Positions 13,581-27,783 of a DNA stretch of 64,000 bases are shown piece by piece. The stretch spans positions 806,001 through 870,000 of the forward strand of contig NW_026250407.1 in the NCBI RefSeq assembly GCF_024521635.1, given 5' to 3'. Every line of letters starts with the position of its first letter. Within the stretch, counting starts at the first letter, position 1. The position numbers were made by a program, and so were the translations under genes. The notes beneath the pieces were generated by a model, which did no database searches, was not told where the DNA came from, and was given only the letters and a program-made list of their open reading frames with translations. This DNA comes from Tricharina praecox (taxonomy: Eukaryota).

Positions 13581-14653
13581 ATGATGTTGAGTCAATTCCG
13601 CACCCTCGGGCGAACCGCCGCTCGGTCCTGCCAGAACGCGCTCGCCGTCCGACCCCACACCGTTGCCAAATTCGTCGCAGCACCGGTAGTCCCTCGGAGG
13701 GGCATGTCGGATGCCCCACCAACCTCATCCTCGACCTCAACCTCCGAACCCGATGTGGTTGAAACTTCCCGCCGACAGCAACAGATTATCGACGATGACG
13801 ATCCCCTCGACGACGACCGGCAATGGGACTTCGACGATATTTCGTCTCTCGGTCACGCCGAAATCGACACGCACCGTGAGGCGCGACACTACGCCAGAGT
13901 AGCAGCATACGAGATGCCGTACCTTGCTCGTAACTCCTCCTCCACTCCACCAGCACATCGATATCATACCAGGGACCAGCTGGTCTAATTGTGTGTTGTG
14001 CCTAGAGTTGGCAAAGCCCTTTGTCCCCCCCACCGACGCCCAACCCCTTCGCTTCCGCTACACCACCTACATGGGCGAAGACCATCCGGCCGAGTCAAAA
14101 GTGGTCCTCGAGTTCTCTCCGGCTGATCTTGGGTTGGATATTGGCCAGCAGGCAAAGCTGGTCAAGCTTGTCGGCCGCCGGTACCATCCCGGCAAGAGAA
14201 TTGTCAAGATGTCCTGCGAGATGTTTGAGCACCAGGCCCAGAACAAGCGGTATTTGAGTGATCTGCTAGATAAGCTCATTGTGGAGGCGAAGGTTTGTTG
14301 TCAAGCTGGAAATATATGGAAAAGTGGCGCATGCTGACGAACCGCAACAGGATGCTACAGATACGTTCGAGGATATACCAGTTGATTTCAGGCACATAAA
14401 GGCTAAGCCGATGATTGCACGACGGCCGGTGAAATCGTTTCCTCTGGAATGGGTTGACGCGGCGATCCAAAGGGAATATGAGCGTCATGAAAAGATAGGC
14501 AGTCCCTTGGCCGACTGGGTCGGGGGCGCTGAGGAGAGTATCAAGGAACGCAAGGACAAGCAAGCAGAGCGTGCGGCGGCCCGTCACATCGCACGGCAGA
14601 AGTATGGAGAGAGGCTCAAGAAGAGAAACCTTGTCGCCGAGGAAAGTTCATAG
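13581..14653 (+). CDS. RSM24: Mitochondrial small-subunit ribosomal protein mS35 (2 introns)
   Basis: Arg/Ser-rich presequence; HREARHYARVAAYEMP, LRFRYTTYMGEDHPAESKVV, QNKRYLSD, DTFEDIPVDFRH. Confidence 0.9.
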
Positions 14654-14845
14654 GCATAGTGATAGAAAATGGTTGCAATACAACCGCTGTATCATAGCTG
14701 GGGGTAGGTGTACAATTTTATAGATTCACCGATCTAATAGCCAAAAAGGTATAGCACTTGCATCTCAAATCTCATGACATGAGCTCTAGAGTCATTGAGG
14801 ATATTACACACCGGTCTAATATACAATGCAAAAACTTCCTCCATC

Positions 14846-15836
14846 TTAACGCTTGACCCAGGCAGGCATCTTGCGAGCCTTAACGTGACCAGGCTTCTTA
14901 CGTTCAACCATCCTGGGATCACGGGTAACAACACCAGCTGTAGAGAATCAATAAGCTATCACGTAAAGGGTGGGATGATATGGAGATATCCAACTTACCT
15001 CTTCGCAAGGCCGGTTTCAATGCTGGCTCGTGAACGAGCAAAGCCCGTGCAACACCTAGAGTCAACGCCTCCGCCTGACCCGTCTTTCCACCTCCCATGA
15101 CCGAAGCCCAGACATTGTACTTGCTCATGCGTTCCGTGGCAATCAACGGGAAGACAGCACTCTCGCGCTCATGCACACGTTCAAAGACATCCGCGAGCGG
15201 CTTTCCATTGATGAGCACCTGCCCAGTTCCCTCTGAGAGCAACACCCTGGCCACCGAAGTCTTTCTCCGTCCGACACCCCTAGCCCTTCCCAGATGATCC
15301 AAAACCTTCGGCTTCCCCTGGTTCTCGGCCTGGGCCAGATCACGTCGGTACATGTCGAGCGCCATGCGCACGTCCTCGGGGATCACGGCGGGATTGATGC
15401 AATTGAGCCGGTCGAGGATGTCGATAATCTTCTTGTAGCGGGCAGCCTTGACCGACATACCGACGATTCCGCGGTACTGTGCCAACGTCTTCCATTTCGC
15501 CGGGGGTGCCTCGGCCATGGGCACCGTAGGGAGTGTCTGGTACTTTCGCTGCAGGTCCTGCAGGGCCAGCCAGTTATCGTAGAAGTCGGAGTTGCCGGTG
15601 AAGTAGGAGGCCGAGACGGGGACGAGACGAGTCTTCTCTTTGGTCTGCGACCATGTTGGTGGCTGCTCCGGCGAGTAGGAGTGTGTCTCTGCTGCCGCAG
15701 CTCGGGTGGTCGAGGTGGTCAGAAACCGCGAGGTCGTCGCGCCGGCGAGTTGGCTGAGTCGGGGACGCGAGATTTGGAACAGATCACCCGATACCGCTCT
15801 GAGCGAGCATCGTAAAGAGGCGACGCCGGCCGCCAT
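14846..15836 (-). CDS. MRPS9: Mitochondrial ribosomal protein uS9m (1 intron near the 3' end)
   Basis: [20 protein letters not shown], final exon [30 protein letters not shown]. Confidence 0.95.
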
Positions 15837-16194
15837 GATGTGAATTTCGTGGACGTGTGAAGCTGGTGGGTTGGATTGAGATTCAGGTTGACCAAAAAGT
15901 CCTGGAGCGGCTTGGCCATTGTGTGACAGACACCCCGCGCTAAAATACCACTTGCCGAATCACCCCGCTCATAATCAATCAACACGTACGAAGTACGGAT
16001 TGAGATGATGAATATCGCCCATAAAAGCCCCATACGACAATAAATTGATGTTCTTTTTTCTCTCTCTCAAAGCCTTCATTTTTGTAGGATTCAAGATCCA
16101 GTAAAAGGAAACTATTGTACCGCACTGAATTGTTCAAAGCTACTAAACAAACACGCCTTCAGTCTATGTCCCACTCCCCTACAACGTTGTCTAT

Positions 16195-17137
16195 TTACTG
16201 GGCCTTGGATGAGACAATTCCTATTCGCGCCGAGTCAGCCAATGTTCCGTTCATATCCCAATTCTATGTGTGTTATGGTTCAACATACTCTCGACGTCGG
16301 CAACGCTCTGCTGCAGGATCTGAGCCAGAACCTTGGGGTTCTCCAACTCCTTCCTGACCTTGGCGATCAGAGTCTCGGCCAAGTCCTTCTGCTGGCGCTG
16401 CTTGACCTGAGCCTCGTACCTGACCCATGAGTCAAGGACAGATTTGGCCTCCTGAACAAACTGAGTCTGCTGCTCAAGCTCGTAGGCCTCGGCCTCCAAC
16501 TTGGCGGTCTCCTGTAGATATCATGAGCATCACCGATTGATTAAAGATTCATAAGGCATCGTCGCGCCTTCGTTTTGACATACCTTGGACACCTCGAAAA
16601 GGGCCTTGGTGACATCGACGACGCTGCCCATCTGCTTGACGGACTCGATGCGCTCCTCGACGGCACGGGTGTGGTCGGCACGAGCAGAGTTCAAGATGTC
16701 CCTGATCTTGGTGACCTGGCTGGTGGCCCATTCAGTGTACATGGGGCCACCATACTTTCCGATGGCGGTGAAGATGGAGAGCAGACAGAAAGCGACGACG
16801 GTCTCCTCGTTCACGACGTAGAGTTCGTTGGAGATAGCTGCAATCGACAGACCGGCGGCAGATGAGAGGATAGCGGTCTTGGAGATGAGGGAGCTGCCGG
16901 GAAGGGCATCAATGATGGACTGCGCCTTGGTCTTGGGGTCCGGGGTGGGGGTCGGGACGCTCGACTGGTGGCGGGCAGTGAGGGTGACAGCCGACAATTT
17001 GGGGAGGGCCGCAACGGAGGGCCGCAGACGAGCCGCACCTGGAGAGAAAAAATTGTTCAGCAAGTTCGATCGGTGGAGTCCATTGATGCAGAAGGCTGTT
17101 CCATACCGGCAAAAGTTTTCGTCAACCGCATAGACAT
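16195..17137 (-). CDS. ATP4: Mitochondrial ATP synthase subunit b (3 introns)
   Basis: KAQSIIDALPG..ISNELYVVNEE, EAKSVLDSWVRYE. Confidence 0.95.
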
Positions 17138-17415
17138 GGTGAAGAGTGGAGACAAGAGTGAACGTCGTGGGGGGAGAATTGGAGATCGTGATGCAAACCT
17201 TCCTTCCTCGGGTCGATGGACGTCGTTTAGCAAGCGTTCCGGTGTTTTGCCAAGCCATTTGACTAACCGACGCCAACCACAGCGCTGCACTCGTGGGCAA
17301 TTTACAGCATCTGAGGAAGAACAACTGGCCATGCGCGATTATTGCAATATTGAGATACATCTTTAAACACATTACTTCTACTAGTATACAGTTTATCTAA
17401 CTTTCAGAATCCAAC

Positions 17416-18552
17416 TCATGATGCCTCACTCTCCTCCTTCTTTCGCATATCTGCCTCTAATCTCCGCTTCTCGGCTTCCCTTAATCTCATCATAGTGATG
17501 TTCTCGTAGTCAGGGCTTTGGGCGGCTTCAGTCTTTGAAAACGCCGAACGGTTGGAGGCCGCCGAGAACGACGCGAATGAAGGGACCCCTTTCACCCCGT
17601 CTCCTCCCTTAGGGGCCGCTTGCATGGGGTTCCAAGTGGCTGTCCTTGAGGTTGAAGTCGCCTGTGCCTCCTCGCCAGGAGTTCGAATCTCTGTTGGTGG
17701 AGTTGTATTTGAAACCGGCACTTCTTCAGGAATAACTCCGGAAAGCTCGGGCTCCTTGCCAGCCCAGGTTATGGACTTGAAAAGCTTGAAAGCGTCATCA
17801 GTGTTATCGGCAAAGCCATGAACAGCTGAGTGCGCCCCCACTATCGACTCGAAAACAATCAAGCCACTCTGGTACTTCTTTTCCTTTGCCTTGTCGCCCC
17901 TGACGATACAGTCTTGTATCTTTCCAAACCGCCCGAAAAGGCCCCGTAGAGATGCTTCATCCACACTTAGCCCCTCCTTCTTTCGGCGCCACTTAGCTGA
18001 GACTGTTCTGTCCAGCTCGGAGAATCGACTGGCCGCAGACTTGATGTCCCTATTCTTGGAAACATCCTGCTGTTGCTCTTCCGCCTCCTTCGCGGCGGTC
18101 CGCAGCGCCTCCTCCCGTTTGTGCCTCAATAATGCTCCCTCCTCTTGTAGCTTCGCCAGCTGTGCTTTAAACTTTTCCTCCTCATTGTCCGCGTCCGTCT
18201 TGAACCTCTTCGCCTTGCCTTCCCTGCCCTCCAGATCCTCCTGCATCTTCCTGCGATGCATGTCAAACGCTTCGCTGCGGCGTTTCTTTGCCAACCGAGC
18301 GGTTCGCGCATTGTCGTAGGCAGCCCTCGTGGCCGGATCTGAGATAACATCGTATGCAACGGTCAACAGGTGAAACTTGTCGGCAGCCTCGGGGCTGGGG
18401 TTCTTGTCGGGATGCCATTTGATCGACTGCTTGCGGAAAGCTTTCCGGAGCGAGGTATCCGAAACGACATCTTGATTGACACCGAGGATCTCGTAGAAAT
18501 CGGTCTCGGAGGTAGTGGCGTATGCGGCAGCTTCAGACTCCTTAGGCGGCAT
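17416..18552 (-). CDS. CWC23: J-domain + RRM spliceosome disassembly factor (Cwc23/DNAJC17)
   Basis: J domain with HPDKNP, coiled coil, degenerate RRM (LFGRFGKI), C-terminal YENITMMRLREAEKRRLE. Confidence 0.85.
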   Translation of the reverse strand: MPPKESEAAAYATTSETDFYEILGVNQDVVSDTSLRKAFRKQSIKWHPDKNPSPEAADKFHLLTVAYDVISDPATRAAYDNARTARLAKKRRSEAFDMHRRKMQEDLEGREGKAKRFKTDADNEEEKFKAQLAKLQEEGALLRHKREEALRTAAKEAEEQQQDVSKNRDIKSAASRFSELDRTVSAKWRRKKEGLSVDEASLRGLFGRFGKIQDCIVRGDKAKEKKYQSGLIVFESIVGAHSAVHGFADNTDDAFKLFKSITWAGKEPELSGVIPEEVPVSNTTPPTEIRTPGEEAQATSTSRTATWNPMQAAPKGGDGVKGVPSFASFSAASNRSAFSKTEAAQSPDYENITMMRLREAEKRRLEADMRKKEESEAS

Positions 18553-18813
18553 GGCGATGGGTTGACGGCGGTGATGAATAGAAGTCTACTGTATTCGCGG
18601 TCGGCGTGAGCTAGAGTACTGTCTGTTGTCCGTGTGCTGCCGCCAAAAGGGTTTGTCATGCACGTCGCCCGCTAGCAAAGCGCGCTATTGAGCAGAGCCG
18701 CATATCCCACCTGCAGAAGAAAAAAGTTCTCAACCAGACTTTGGATTCCCCAGACCGGCCTGTCGTATCTACAACACGACTCAACTCACTTGAACACTCA
18801 CCACACATTCACC

Positions 18814-20862
18814 ATGGCCAGAATTAAGAAGAAGGGTTTGATCCCCATAGTTCTACCTACTTGAGCTTTGTACTGATTTAATTGTGTCCAGGCGTCGCCG
18901 GAAATGCGAAGAACTTCATCACGAGAACGCAAGCCGTTCGCAAACTTCAGATCTCGCTGCCTGACTTCCGTCGCCTCTGTATTTTCAAGGGTATATTTCA
19001 CTGTGCTCGACAGTCCCATATGCGCGCCAGTTGCGCTAACAATTTAACCAGGAATCTACCCTCGAGAACCCAGAAACAAGAAGAAGGCCAACAAGGGCTC
19101 CACAGCGCCTACAACCTTCTACTACGTTTGTGACACCAATTCACTTCTTGGGTGACGGGAGTAGCTGACAAGATTCAAGACCAAAGATATCCAGTACCTT
19201 CTGCACGAACCTGTACTAGAGAAGTTCCGCGAGCACAAGACCTTCGCAAAGAAGCTATCGAAAGCGCTCGGCCGTGGCGACTACGGGGATGCCAAACGTC
19301 TGGAACTGTACCAGAAGCCGCAGGTCACCTTGGACCACATCGTGAAGGAGCGTTACCCCACCTTCACCGACGCTCTGCGCGACCTCGACGATGCCTTGTC
19401 GATGTTGTTCCTTTTCGCGAACCTCCCCACAAATCACAACCTTCCTCCTGCGACGGTAGCGAATTGTGAGCGGCTGTGCAACGAATGGCAGCACTACGTC
19501 ATTCGTGCCAACGTCCTCCGGAAGAGTTTCTTGTCGATAAAAGGCATTTACTACCAGGCGGAGGTTCAGGGCCAGGATATTCTGTGGTTGGTGCCGTATA
19601 AGTTCGCCCAGAACGTGCCGGTCGATGTCGATTTCAGGATCATGCACACGTTCGTTGAGTTCTACACCACTCTCCTTGGATTCGTCATGTTCAAACTCTA
19701 CACGAATGAGGGCCTGGTCTACCCACCCAAGTTCGACAAGGACGCCGACGCAAAAGGTGCTGGTCTTCGCGCATTCAAGCTGGAGCACAAGGGTGTCGGA
19801 GCGATAACGGAAGGTGTGGCGCAAGCACAGCTCTCGAAGAAGGAGACAGTAAAACAGACAAAGCTATTGCAGGAGAAGATCGCTGCGATTACTGAGGGCG
19901 AGGAGGATGATACACCCGAGGCGCAACAAGTGCCTGAAGCTACTGACGAGTTCGACACGTTCAACCCTATCAAGACCGACAGCGCCGTTGATGTACTACC
20001 TCAACCCCAGATATCGAGCAATGGAACTGGAAGTACCGACCCTGCGAACCTGTTCGCGCCCTACACATTCTACATTTCCCGAGAAGCCCCCCGTGAGCCC
20101 CTCGAGTTCCTGTTGAGATCGTTCGGCTGCAAGCGTATCGGTTGGGATCTGGTCCTCGGAGAAGGCTCTTTCACGGACAACGAGTTGGACCCCTCGATTA
20201 CACATCAGATCGTCGACAGACCCCCAGTAGTTGGTCTTCCTCCGCTACCGGTCGGTGCCGCCACAGCATCCGCGCCCAGTGGCAGAGTCGCGGGACGTAT
20301 CTACGTTCAGCCACAGTACGTTTGGGATTGTGTCAACACTCTCCGGTTGATCTCGCCAGCCGAGTACGGCCCTGGCGCGCTCCTACCCGCACATTTGAGC
20401 CCCTGGGTCAAGGCCTCCTCTGGAGAATACGACCCGTCGGCGCCGGTTCCTGCCGGAGATGAGGACGAGGAGGAAGTGAGTGACGATGACAACGGCATGA
20501 CCGAGGAGTTGGGTGACGATGATGATGCGGACGAGGATATGGAGGCCGAGGTTGATGTGTCGGAGGCTGAGGAAGACTCCGAGGACGAGGAGGAAGTTGC
20601 CCGCAAGGAGCACCAGAAGGAGCTCGAGGCTGAGGCGGCTGGCGTTAAGCTGCCCACGACGGATGCGAAGAAGAAGAAGAAGTCGAAGGCACAGAGGGAG
20701 GAGGAAGAGCAGAAGGAGATGCAGAAGATAATGATGACCAAGAAGAAGCGAAAGCTATACGAGAAGATGGTTTACGGCAACAAGAAGAAGGAAGACGAGG
20801 CCGAAACGCTGCGCCAGAAGCGGAGGAAACTGGAGAAGTCGAAAAAGAAGGCTGCTGCATAA
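18814..20862 (+). CDS. NOP7: Pescadillo/Nop7 60S biogenesis factor (3 introns)
   Basis: [72 protein letters not shown]. Confidence 0.97.
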
Positions 20863-21861
20863 ATGTTGGCATTGAATTGGATTTATGTACTTGTTCAAAA
20901 TTAATGAATTAAAAGTTTTCGGCTTTGGGAGAATCTATTTGACCGTGAGCGATTCTGTATAGATACCCTCGAGTGAATCTCACCACACAATTGTAGGGCT
21001 GCGAGTATTGGGAACAACCAGTACTAGAAGACATTCTGTCCTGATATTTGTCTTCCTTTTTGAAAAAAACAATCATTGATTGCATGCGACGTATCTGGAT
21101 CATGCAAATGCACACGAAACTTTTATCCTGGCCAAGTCTGAACCATGACATTTGTCTTTTTTTAGTTTCGTACTCACATTCAATCTCTGCAGACTATGGC
21201 GACCCTTGATATTTGTCATGCGTGGACTCATGCATTGTCACTCGGTCATATGGGACAGACCATCGAGATACAAGTTTTATCCCCAAAATTCTGTCCCCGA
21301 TACATACAATCTCCAATTGCACCAGATGATAACTAGTGCCGAATCCCTTAAGCTCTCTTTCGAATACCGAGAGTATAGGTAACCTGTATACGTACACCAT
21401 CACTACATACATTCAATGTCCGGGATTCAGCCGCACAAGCTTCTAGGCGGACATGCAATTTTCGAGTACTAGTGCGTTGGGACAAAATTGAATCCGGATA
21501 ATACGGCGGTGGATGGCACGGTCATTCTGTCAGCTAAGGAGGAGTTCATTTTGTCTCTGTCTTCAGCCCGTTTTCGTGGGTGCTGGCTGCACTTTGCTGA
21601 TTATGACAGCCCCCGCCTGAGTAAGCCCTTGTTATGTAAGCAAGGCGGCCGCCGGCGACGCAAGTATCCGCTTAATTTAGCACAGTAGCCCTGCGCGGAC
21701 CTCCACGAGCAAGAGAAACAGCGAACGTTCGTTCGGCCAGCGTCAGCCATATCCAAACCTACACAGCCCTCACGACAATCACCCACTACCTCGAGCACCA
21801 TACCTCCATAACCACAAAACCGTTCACGATACTTCATTCCGCCCCCCTGACTTGAACCACC

Positions 21862-23380
21862 ATGGCGAGTTCGATCGATGAGCACGACAGCGGCGACCAG
21901 TCGCAGAAAAAGGAGAAGAGCCGGAAGCCAGGAAGTACGCATAGCTCTTTTTATGGTGCTTGATTGCTGTGGTATGATCTGGCGTGCTCACATTGCTCCG
22001 ATTCGACTAGATACCGCGTTTCGGCAACAGCGATTAAAGGCATGGCAGTAAGTTCCCAAGCTCTTCGTCGCGCCGAAGAGGGAGAGAGAACTGACCGACC
22101 TCGAACCACGCAGGCCGATCCTTACGCCGAAAACAGTGCTACCGCTCTTCTTCATCGTCGGAGTAATATTCGCGCCGATCGGAGGTCTTCTGCTATATGC
22201 CAGCGCGAAAGTCAGAACTCCGTTCCCGCACCCAGTTCAAGCTCCAATATTTCTTCCCCGCATACTGACGGAAACTGTTCGCCGCAGGTACAAGAGCTCG
22301 CGATAGATTACACAGACTGTATAAACCAGGGAGTTGAATACACGTTTATCCCGGACAACAAAGTATCGCAGGTATACCGTACAGCGGTGGATAGCAAAGA
22401 CCGTCCGCGATGGAAAGTGCAGCACAACGTTACCACCACCGACCCGGACATGATGACGACGAACCCGGAATTCAACGAGACCATCTGCACGCTCAAGTTC
22501 ACTCTGCCCAACGAGCTCAAGGCGCCCGTGCTCTTCTATTACCGCCTCACAAACTTCTACCAGAACCACCGCCGCTACGTGCAATCCTTCGACCAAGCAC
22601 AGCTCAAAGGCGATGCCCGCACCTACGATCAATTGGAGAGCAGCAATGACTGCGACCCGCTCTCGGGACTCCGAAACGACAGTATGACGAAGCCATACTA
22701 CCCCTGCGGCCTGATCGCCAACTCGCTCTTCAACGACACCTTCGCCCAGCCCCGCCTCCAGAACCCGCAGGGCGGGGCCGGTGACGGCGGCGCCGTTGTC
22801 TTCGAAATGTCAAATAGTGGAATCGCCTGGAGTTCCGACAAGGAGCGCTTCGGCAACACCAAGTACAACGCCGAGGACGTCCTCCCGCCACCAAACTGGG
22901 CCAACCGCTACGCCGGCGGCGTGTACACTAACAAAACCCTGCCGAAGATACACCAGTGGGAGGAGTTCCAGGTATGGATGCGCACTGCCGGTCTCCCTAC
23001 ATTCAGCAAACTGGCGCAGCGAAGCGACGATAAGGATATGGACAAGGGAACGTACGAGCTCGAAATCTACTACCGGTTCCCCGTAAAGGACTACTCGGGC
23101 ACCAAGAGTATCGTCATCTCAACCCGCACCGTGATGGGCGGGAGAAACCCGTTCCTGGGAATCGCCTACATCGTGGTCGGTGGTCTCTGTATCCTCCTCG
23201 GACTCATCTTCACCGCGAGACACCTCATCAAACCAAGGTACATACATACATCTCTCCTCCACCCCCCCTCTCTTACACAATGCTTACCTCACCCCACCGC
23301 ACAGAAAACTCGGAGACCATACATACCTCTCCTGGAACAACGAGGATGTGGCCGCACACGCGTCCGGCCGCGAGATCTAG
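21862..23380 (+). CDS. CDC50: Cdc50/Lem3 family phospholipid flippase beta subunit (4 introns)
   Basis: [74 protein letters not shown]. Confidence 0.93.
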
Positions 23381-24149
23381 GCGATTCCCGGCATTACCGT
23401 TCGGCGGGGAAGCTTAAGCTTAAGCAAGGGATTACTCGTCAGTGACCGGTGAAAAACAAATTGCTTGCAGATCAGATCGGGGTGTTATGGGTTTTGTTTT
23501 TTTATGCTTTGTGCTTTGGGTTCTCTTCTTTTTTTTTTGTTAACAATGTCATTCTCTGATTTGGTTAATCATCGTTTTGTTGTCCCACTTGCTTGCTTCG
23601 CTTTCGCTTTTCGCCCTTTTGCGCGCGCTTCATTGAGTAGAGAACACTTTGCTGTTGCTCTTGCTTGTAGCTGTTGATTTAACGAAACTTGAGCTTGAGC
23701 TTTTTTCCATAACTGAATTGTAACTGTTATGTACCTATCGCATGTGCTCCCCTAGTTCCATGCAGTTCTGGTCGTCTTCCGGAGTGCAGAGCAAGAGTAG
23801 CCCATCCCATTGAAGAAACAAAAGAACCCGAAAGGAAAGGGCAGGGCAGCAGGGCCAATGTTGAAAGCCCCCCTAAATCTGATATCGTTCATGAAGCAAG
23901 CAAGAGTACTTTGTAATGAAAATGCAAACCCCCGAAATTCGCCCCCATCCCATCCCCCAATCCCCCTACATCAACCCAACCAACCCAACCTAGTCCTTAG
24001 GAAATCCCATACGAAATGAAAAAAAACAAGTAGCTTTTTGTATACCTTACACCCGGAAAGTTGAAGTTCCCATTTCCCTTTTCTACCAGTCCAGTCATGT
24101 GTTACCTACCCACTACATACCTACACAGGAGACGGGTCTGGATCTACAT

Positions 24150-25855
24150 CTAGTACAGAACTCTTGTCAAGATCTTGGCTGCGGGGTTGTCAGACACTAT
24201 TCTCACTCCAGTGAGAGGGAGGTTCGGGGGTACTCACAGCTCAGACTCTCCAAGCTCTCATAGAGGCCCTTGATATCGCCCAGGTTGACATCCGAGATAT
24301 CAGCCATGAGGTACGCAACGTCACCACGAGAGTCGCTCATTTGCTTTACGACATTATGGTCACCAAAGATGCTATTAACCTGTCTGAGGACGCCGGGGCG
24401 GTTCGCGTGGATGAAGATGACACGGACGTGGTTTTCCTCGGCGGAGGTGAGGGAACGCAGCGATACCTCCGGCATGTTGACGGCGCCGATGGTGCTGCCG
24501 CTGTTGATGTAGCGGACCAGCGCCTCGGCTACTTCGATGCCGATCGCCCGCTGCGCTTCTTCAGTGCTGCCGCCGATGTGAGGCGTCATGATCAGGTTCT
24601 TGAGTGTGCGTAGGTCGTCCGCCCAGCTGTTAAGCGAGGAGTTGAAGTAGTCGCCGTTGGCGGCGGGCTCGGACGGGTACACGTCGAGGGCGGCGCCGGC
24701 GATGCGGCCGGAGCGCATGGCGTTGCTAGGAAGGTCAGATTGTGCGCCGGGGAGTGGAGGCGGCGGGGATAACTCACACCAGCGCGGGAATGTCCACGAT
24801 TGTTCCGCGGCTAGCGTTGATCAGGTAGCTGCCCTGCTTCATCTGGCCGAGCTGCTCCTCTCCGATCATGTTCTTTGTCTCGGCGATCTCGGGGACGTGG
24901 AGCGTGACGAAGTCGGAGACCTGCAGGAGCTCCTTGAGCGACGAGACCTGCTTCGAAGTGCCCAGAGCCATGAGCGGGACGACGTCGTAGTAGACGACGC
25001 TCATGCCCATGGACTCGGCCAGCACCGAGAGCTGCGAGCCGATGTGTCCGTAGCCGATTATGCCCAGGGTCTTGCCGCGGATCTCCCAGCACTTTGCGGA
25101 CACCTTGTTCCAGGTGCCATTGTGCATCTCCATGGACCGGTCACCGACCTGGCGCGCCAGACAGATGATCTCGCCGATAACCAGCTCGGCGACGGACCGC
25201 GAGTTGCTGAAGGGCGAGTTGAACACGGTGATTCCGTGCTTCGCCGCATAGTCGAGGTCGACCTGGTTGGTGCCAATGCAGAAACAGCCGATCACGATGA
25301 GGTTCTTGGCCTCGGCCAGGACACGCTCAGAGAGCTTGGTCTTGGACCGGATTCCGATAGCGTGGACGTCGCTGTGTGCGCACAAAAGTTCGTGTCACCA
25401 TGGAGCGCTTATCGATAGCTACGGGACAGGGATTGCGTCACGCAGGTTTGTAGTGGGGGCTTAGGGAAAGATTTTTGCAAGCCACCAATCCAAACCCAAA
25501 GAGCCCAAGCGGGCTGGCTCAATGATGGCATCATGGCGGGGCAGCAGAAGGAAGGAACATACCGAATTTTTTCGATCAATTCCTCCTCGGGCAGCGAAGC
25601 CTTGTGGAACTCGACCTGGTAGCCCTGCTTCTTGAGGATGTCCTGCGCCGTCTCGTTGACGTTCTCGAGGAGGAGGATGCGCACGTCGCCCGTGTTAAAG
25701 GGCTTCAGCTGCTTGGAGGCCTTCTGCGCGGCCATGTGGCGCGGGCCGAACGACGAGCTGGGAGAGTGGAAGGTCGACGTCGGCGATACCGACAGGCTCA
25801 GCTGGTTGGAGAAGGCGTTGGCAAGCCCCCCGGCGATGTCTCTGGCAGCGGACAT
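24150..25855 (-). CDS. SER3: D-3-phosphoglycerate dehydrogenase (3 introns)
   Basis: IGIRSKT, GCFCIGTNQVDL, GYGHIG, TPHIGGSTEEAQ, C-terminal ACT domain. Confidence 0.96.
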
Positions 25856-26119
25856 GGTGTTGGAGGTGCGGTGGTCTCTGTCGCTGTCGTTTCCGGTACT
25901 GTGCTGCTTTCGGGTTCTGATGGTGACGGTGGTAGTGGGAGGAGGGAGTTGAAGTAGCGGCTGTAGTGGTGGTGCGGGAGTGGGAGAAGAAGTAGAAGAA
26001 TTCGAAAGCCCGTGGACCTTGGAGTAGCTGGCCAGTAGTGGTAGCTTAGCAGCAGGAGGAGGAGGCCCTTGTTGGTGCTGGTCTGATCGGGATCGGGATT
26101 GCGTGCTCGGGGTTGTTGT

Positions 26120-26126
26120 TGAGTCA
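26120..26126. promoter_or_regulatory. Gcn4/CpcA consensus site upstream of SER3
   Basis: TGAGTCA about 265 bp upstream of the SER3 ATG. Confidence 0.5.
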
Positions 26127-27783
26127 CCACCACCCCCAGCACAAACGCCGGGCCTATGCTTCTCCCGCTCCGACGTAGACGACGACACCGAAGTCGAGCG
26201 CCAGAGGCCAAGCAAAGATCGTATGTTCATGACGACTGGCGTTTGGACTAGACGGCTCTTTTTTTTATCACCGCGTACCTGGGTAGATTGGAATCCTAGC
26301 CTCCCCAACGATGGACCTTTGTGTCGTCCGCAGACTCGAGGATTCACCGCAGTCTTATACGCATCCCGTTGCCACGCCCGTGGGCATCACCGTGGGAAAC
26401 CTAATCGATGCCGATGGCAGTTGAGCATGTATTTGGTCGGCAGCCGCAATAGGCCCCTCGTGGCGCGCATTCATTCATGTGGTGTTGCCCGCCCGGCGGC
26501 CTCTTCACGCAGCCATTGACGGGCATCCATTCGCTCGCATTCTCGCATCCTCGCCCGATCCGCACACGGTGCGATCGCCATTACAAACAGCAACTGCACT
26601 CAACCGCAAGGTGCGCCCTGCCGCATACCTCTCAGCACGAGGGGTAGCGACTCCCAGCTGGTGTACTTTCCCATTCCCGCCTCGAACAAAGTTGTCTGGC
26701 TTTTTACCCCGCAGCCCCGAGCGAGCTGCACAGTGCAAAACTCGAATGCAAGGAGCTTTCTACGGACGAACACTGCAGCGAGCTGGTCGGCGAGGTTGCG
26801 TTGCGTTACGTTATCCCCTTCCCCCTTCCCCTCCCACTCCCACGCCGCGGAGAAGGCATTCCTCTGTCTGCCTGGGGGGGTTTTGTTTTCTGCTGCTGGG
26901 TGATGGATGGGCTGGGCTAGGCGGTTCGGGCGAGCACGACATTTGTCATCTGTCATCGTCGTCGGAGTACTTCGATTCCTCCGTATGCTCCGTATGCTCC
27001 GTACTTACATACTACGGCCAGCTCTGGGGGGAGGGGGGGATGCCGTCCGTCAGTCCACGGAGCTGAATGAGGCCGTGGGAGAGTGATGCAGTGTGAGTGT
27101 GATGATGCACGGCGGCGGCTGGGCCTGTCTGCTTGGTTTTTGCGAGATGGCACCCACCGCATCGCAATGTCTCTCCCCGCATAGGCAGGATAGATTGGTG
27201 TGCAGACAATCTGCAGCCGAAACACTCCATACTCCATCACTGCCGGGGTACTACATCGCACACACATATGTACCCCCTCGATCCAGAGTAGGTAGGCACT
27301 CATGACGTTATTCTGTCCATCCATCCCGATAAGAAAAAGTACATGTATGATACTGTGCGATAGTTGCCGCGAAATAAATCAAAACCACGAAAGTGAGAGA
27401 AAAAAAATTGCCCTTGATCCACCCAATATCTTCCTCCCTTCTTTGATCTCTCCGTGCGGTGGATGAACACCGCCTCCTCCCGAGTCTCGAGTCTCGATCC
27501 CCCCTCCCTCCCTCCCTCTTTTCTGCCTGCTCCTAGAACGCCGGATATGTATGTTGAAAACAGAATCACAAATAACCCCCCGACAAAATTGTACACACAA
27601 AAAAACAATACCGAACAAGAGACGAATGGAATAGAATGAGAAAAAAATAGTAGTGAGAGTAGTGGATGCCGTCCATCCGTTGAATTCGGCAGTGAGATGG
27701 GAAGGATGGGACCGAAACGAAGGCCGTTTGTTTACCGGTTGTTCCTCAGTGCCTGGATCCAATTAGCTTCAGCACGACATCAG

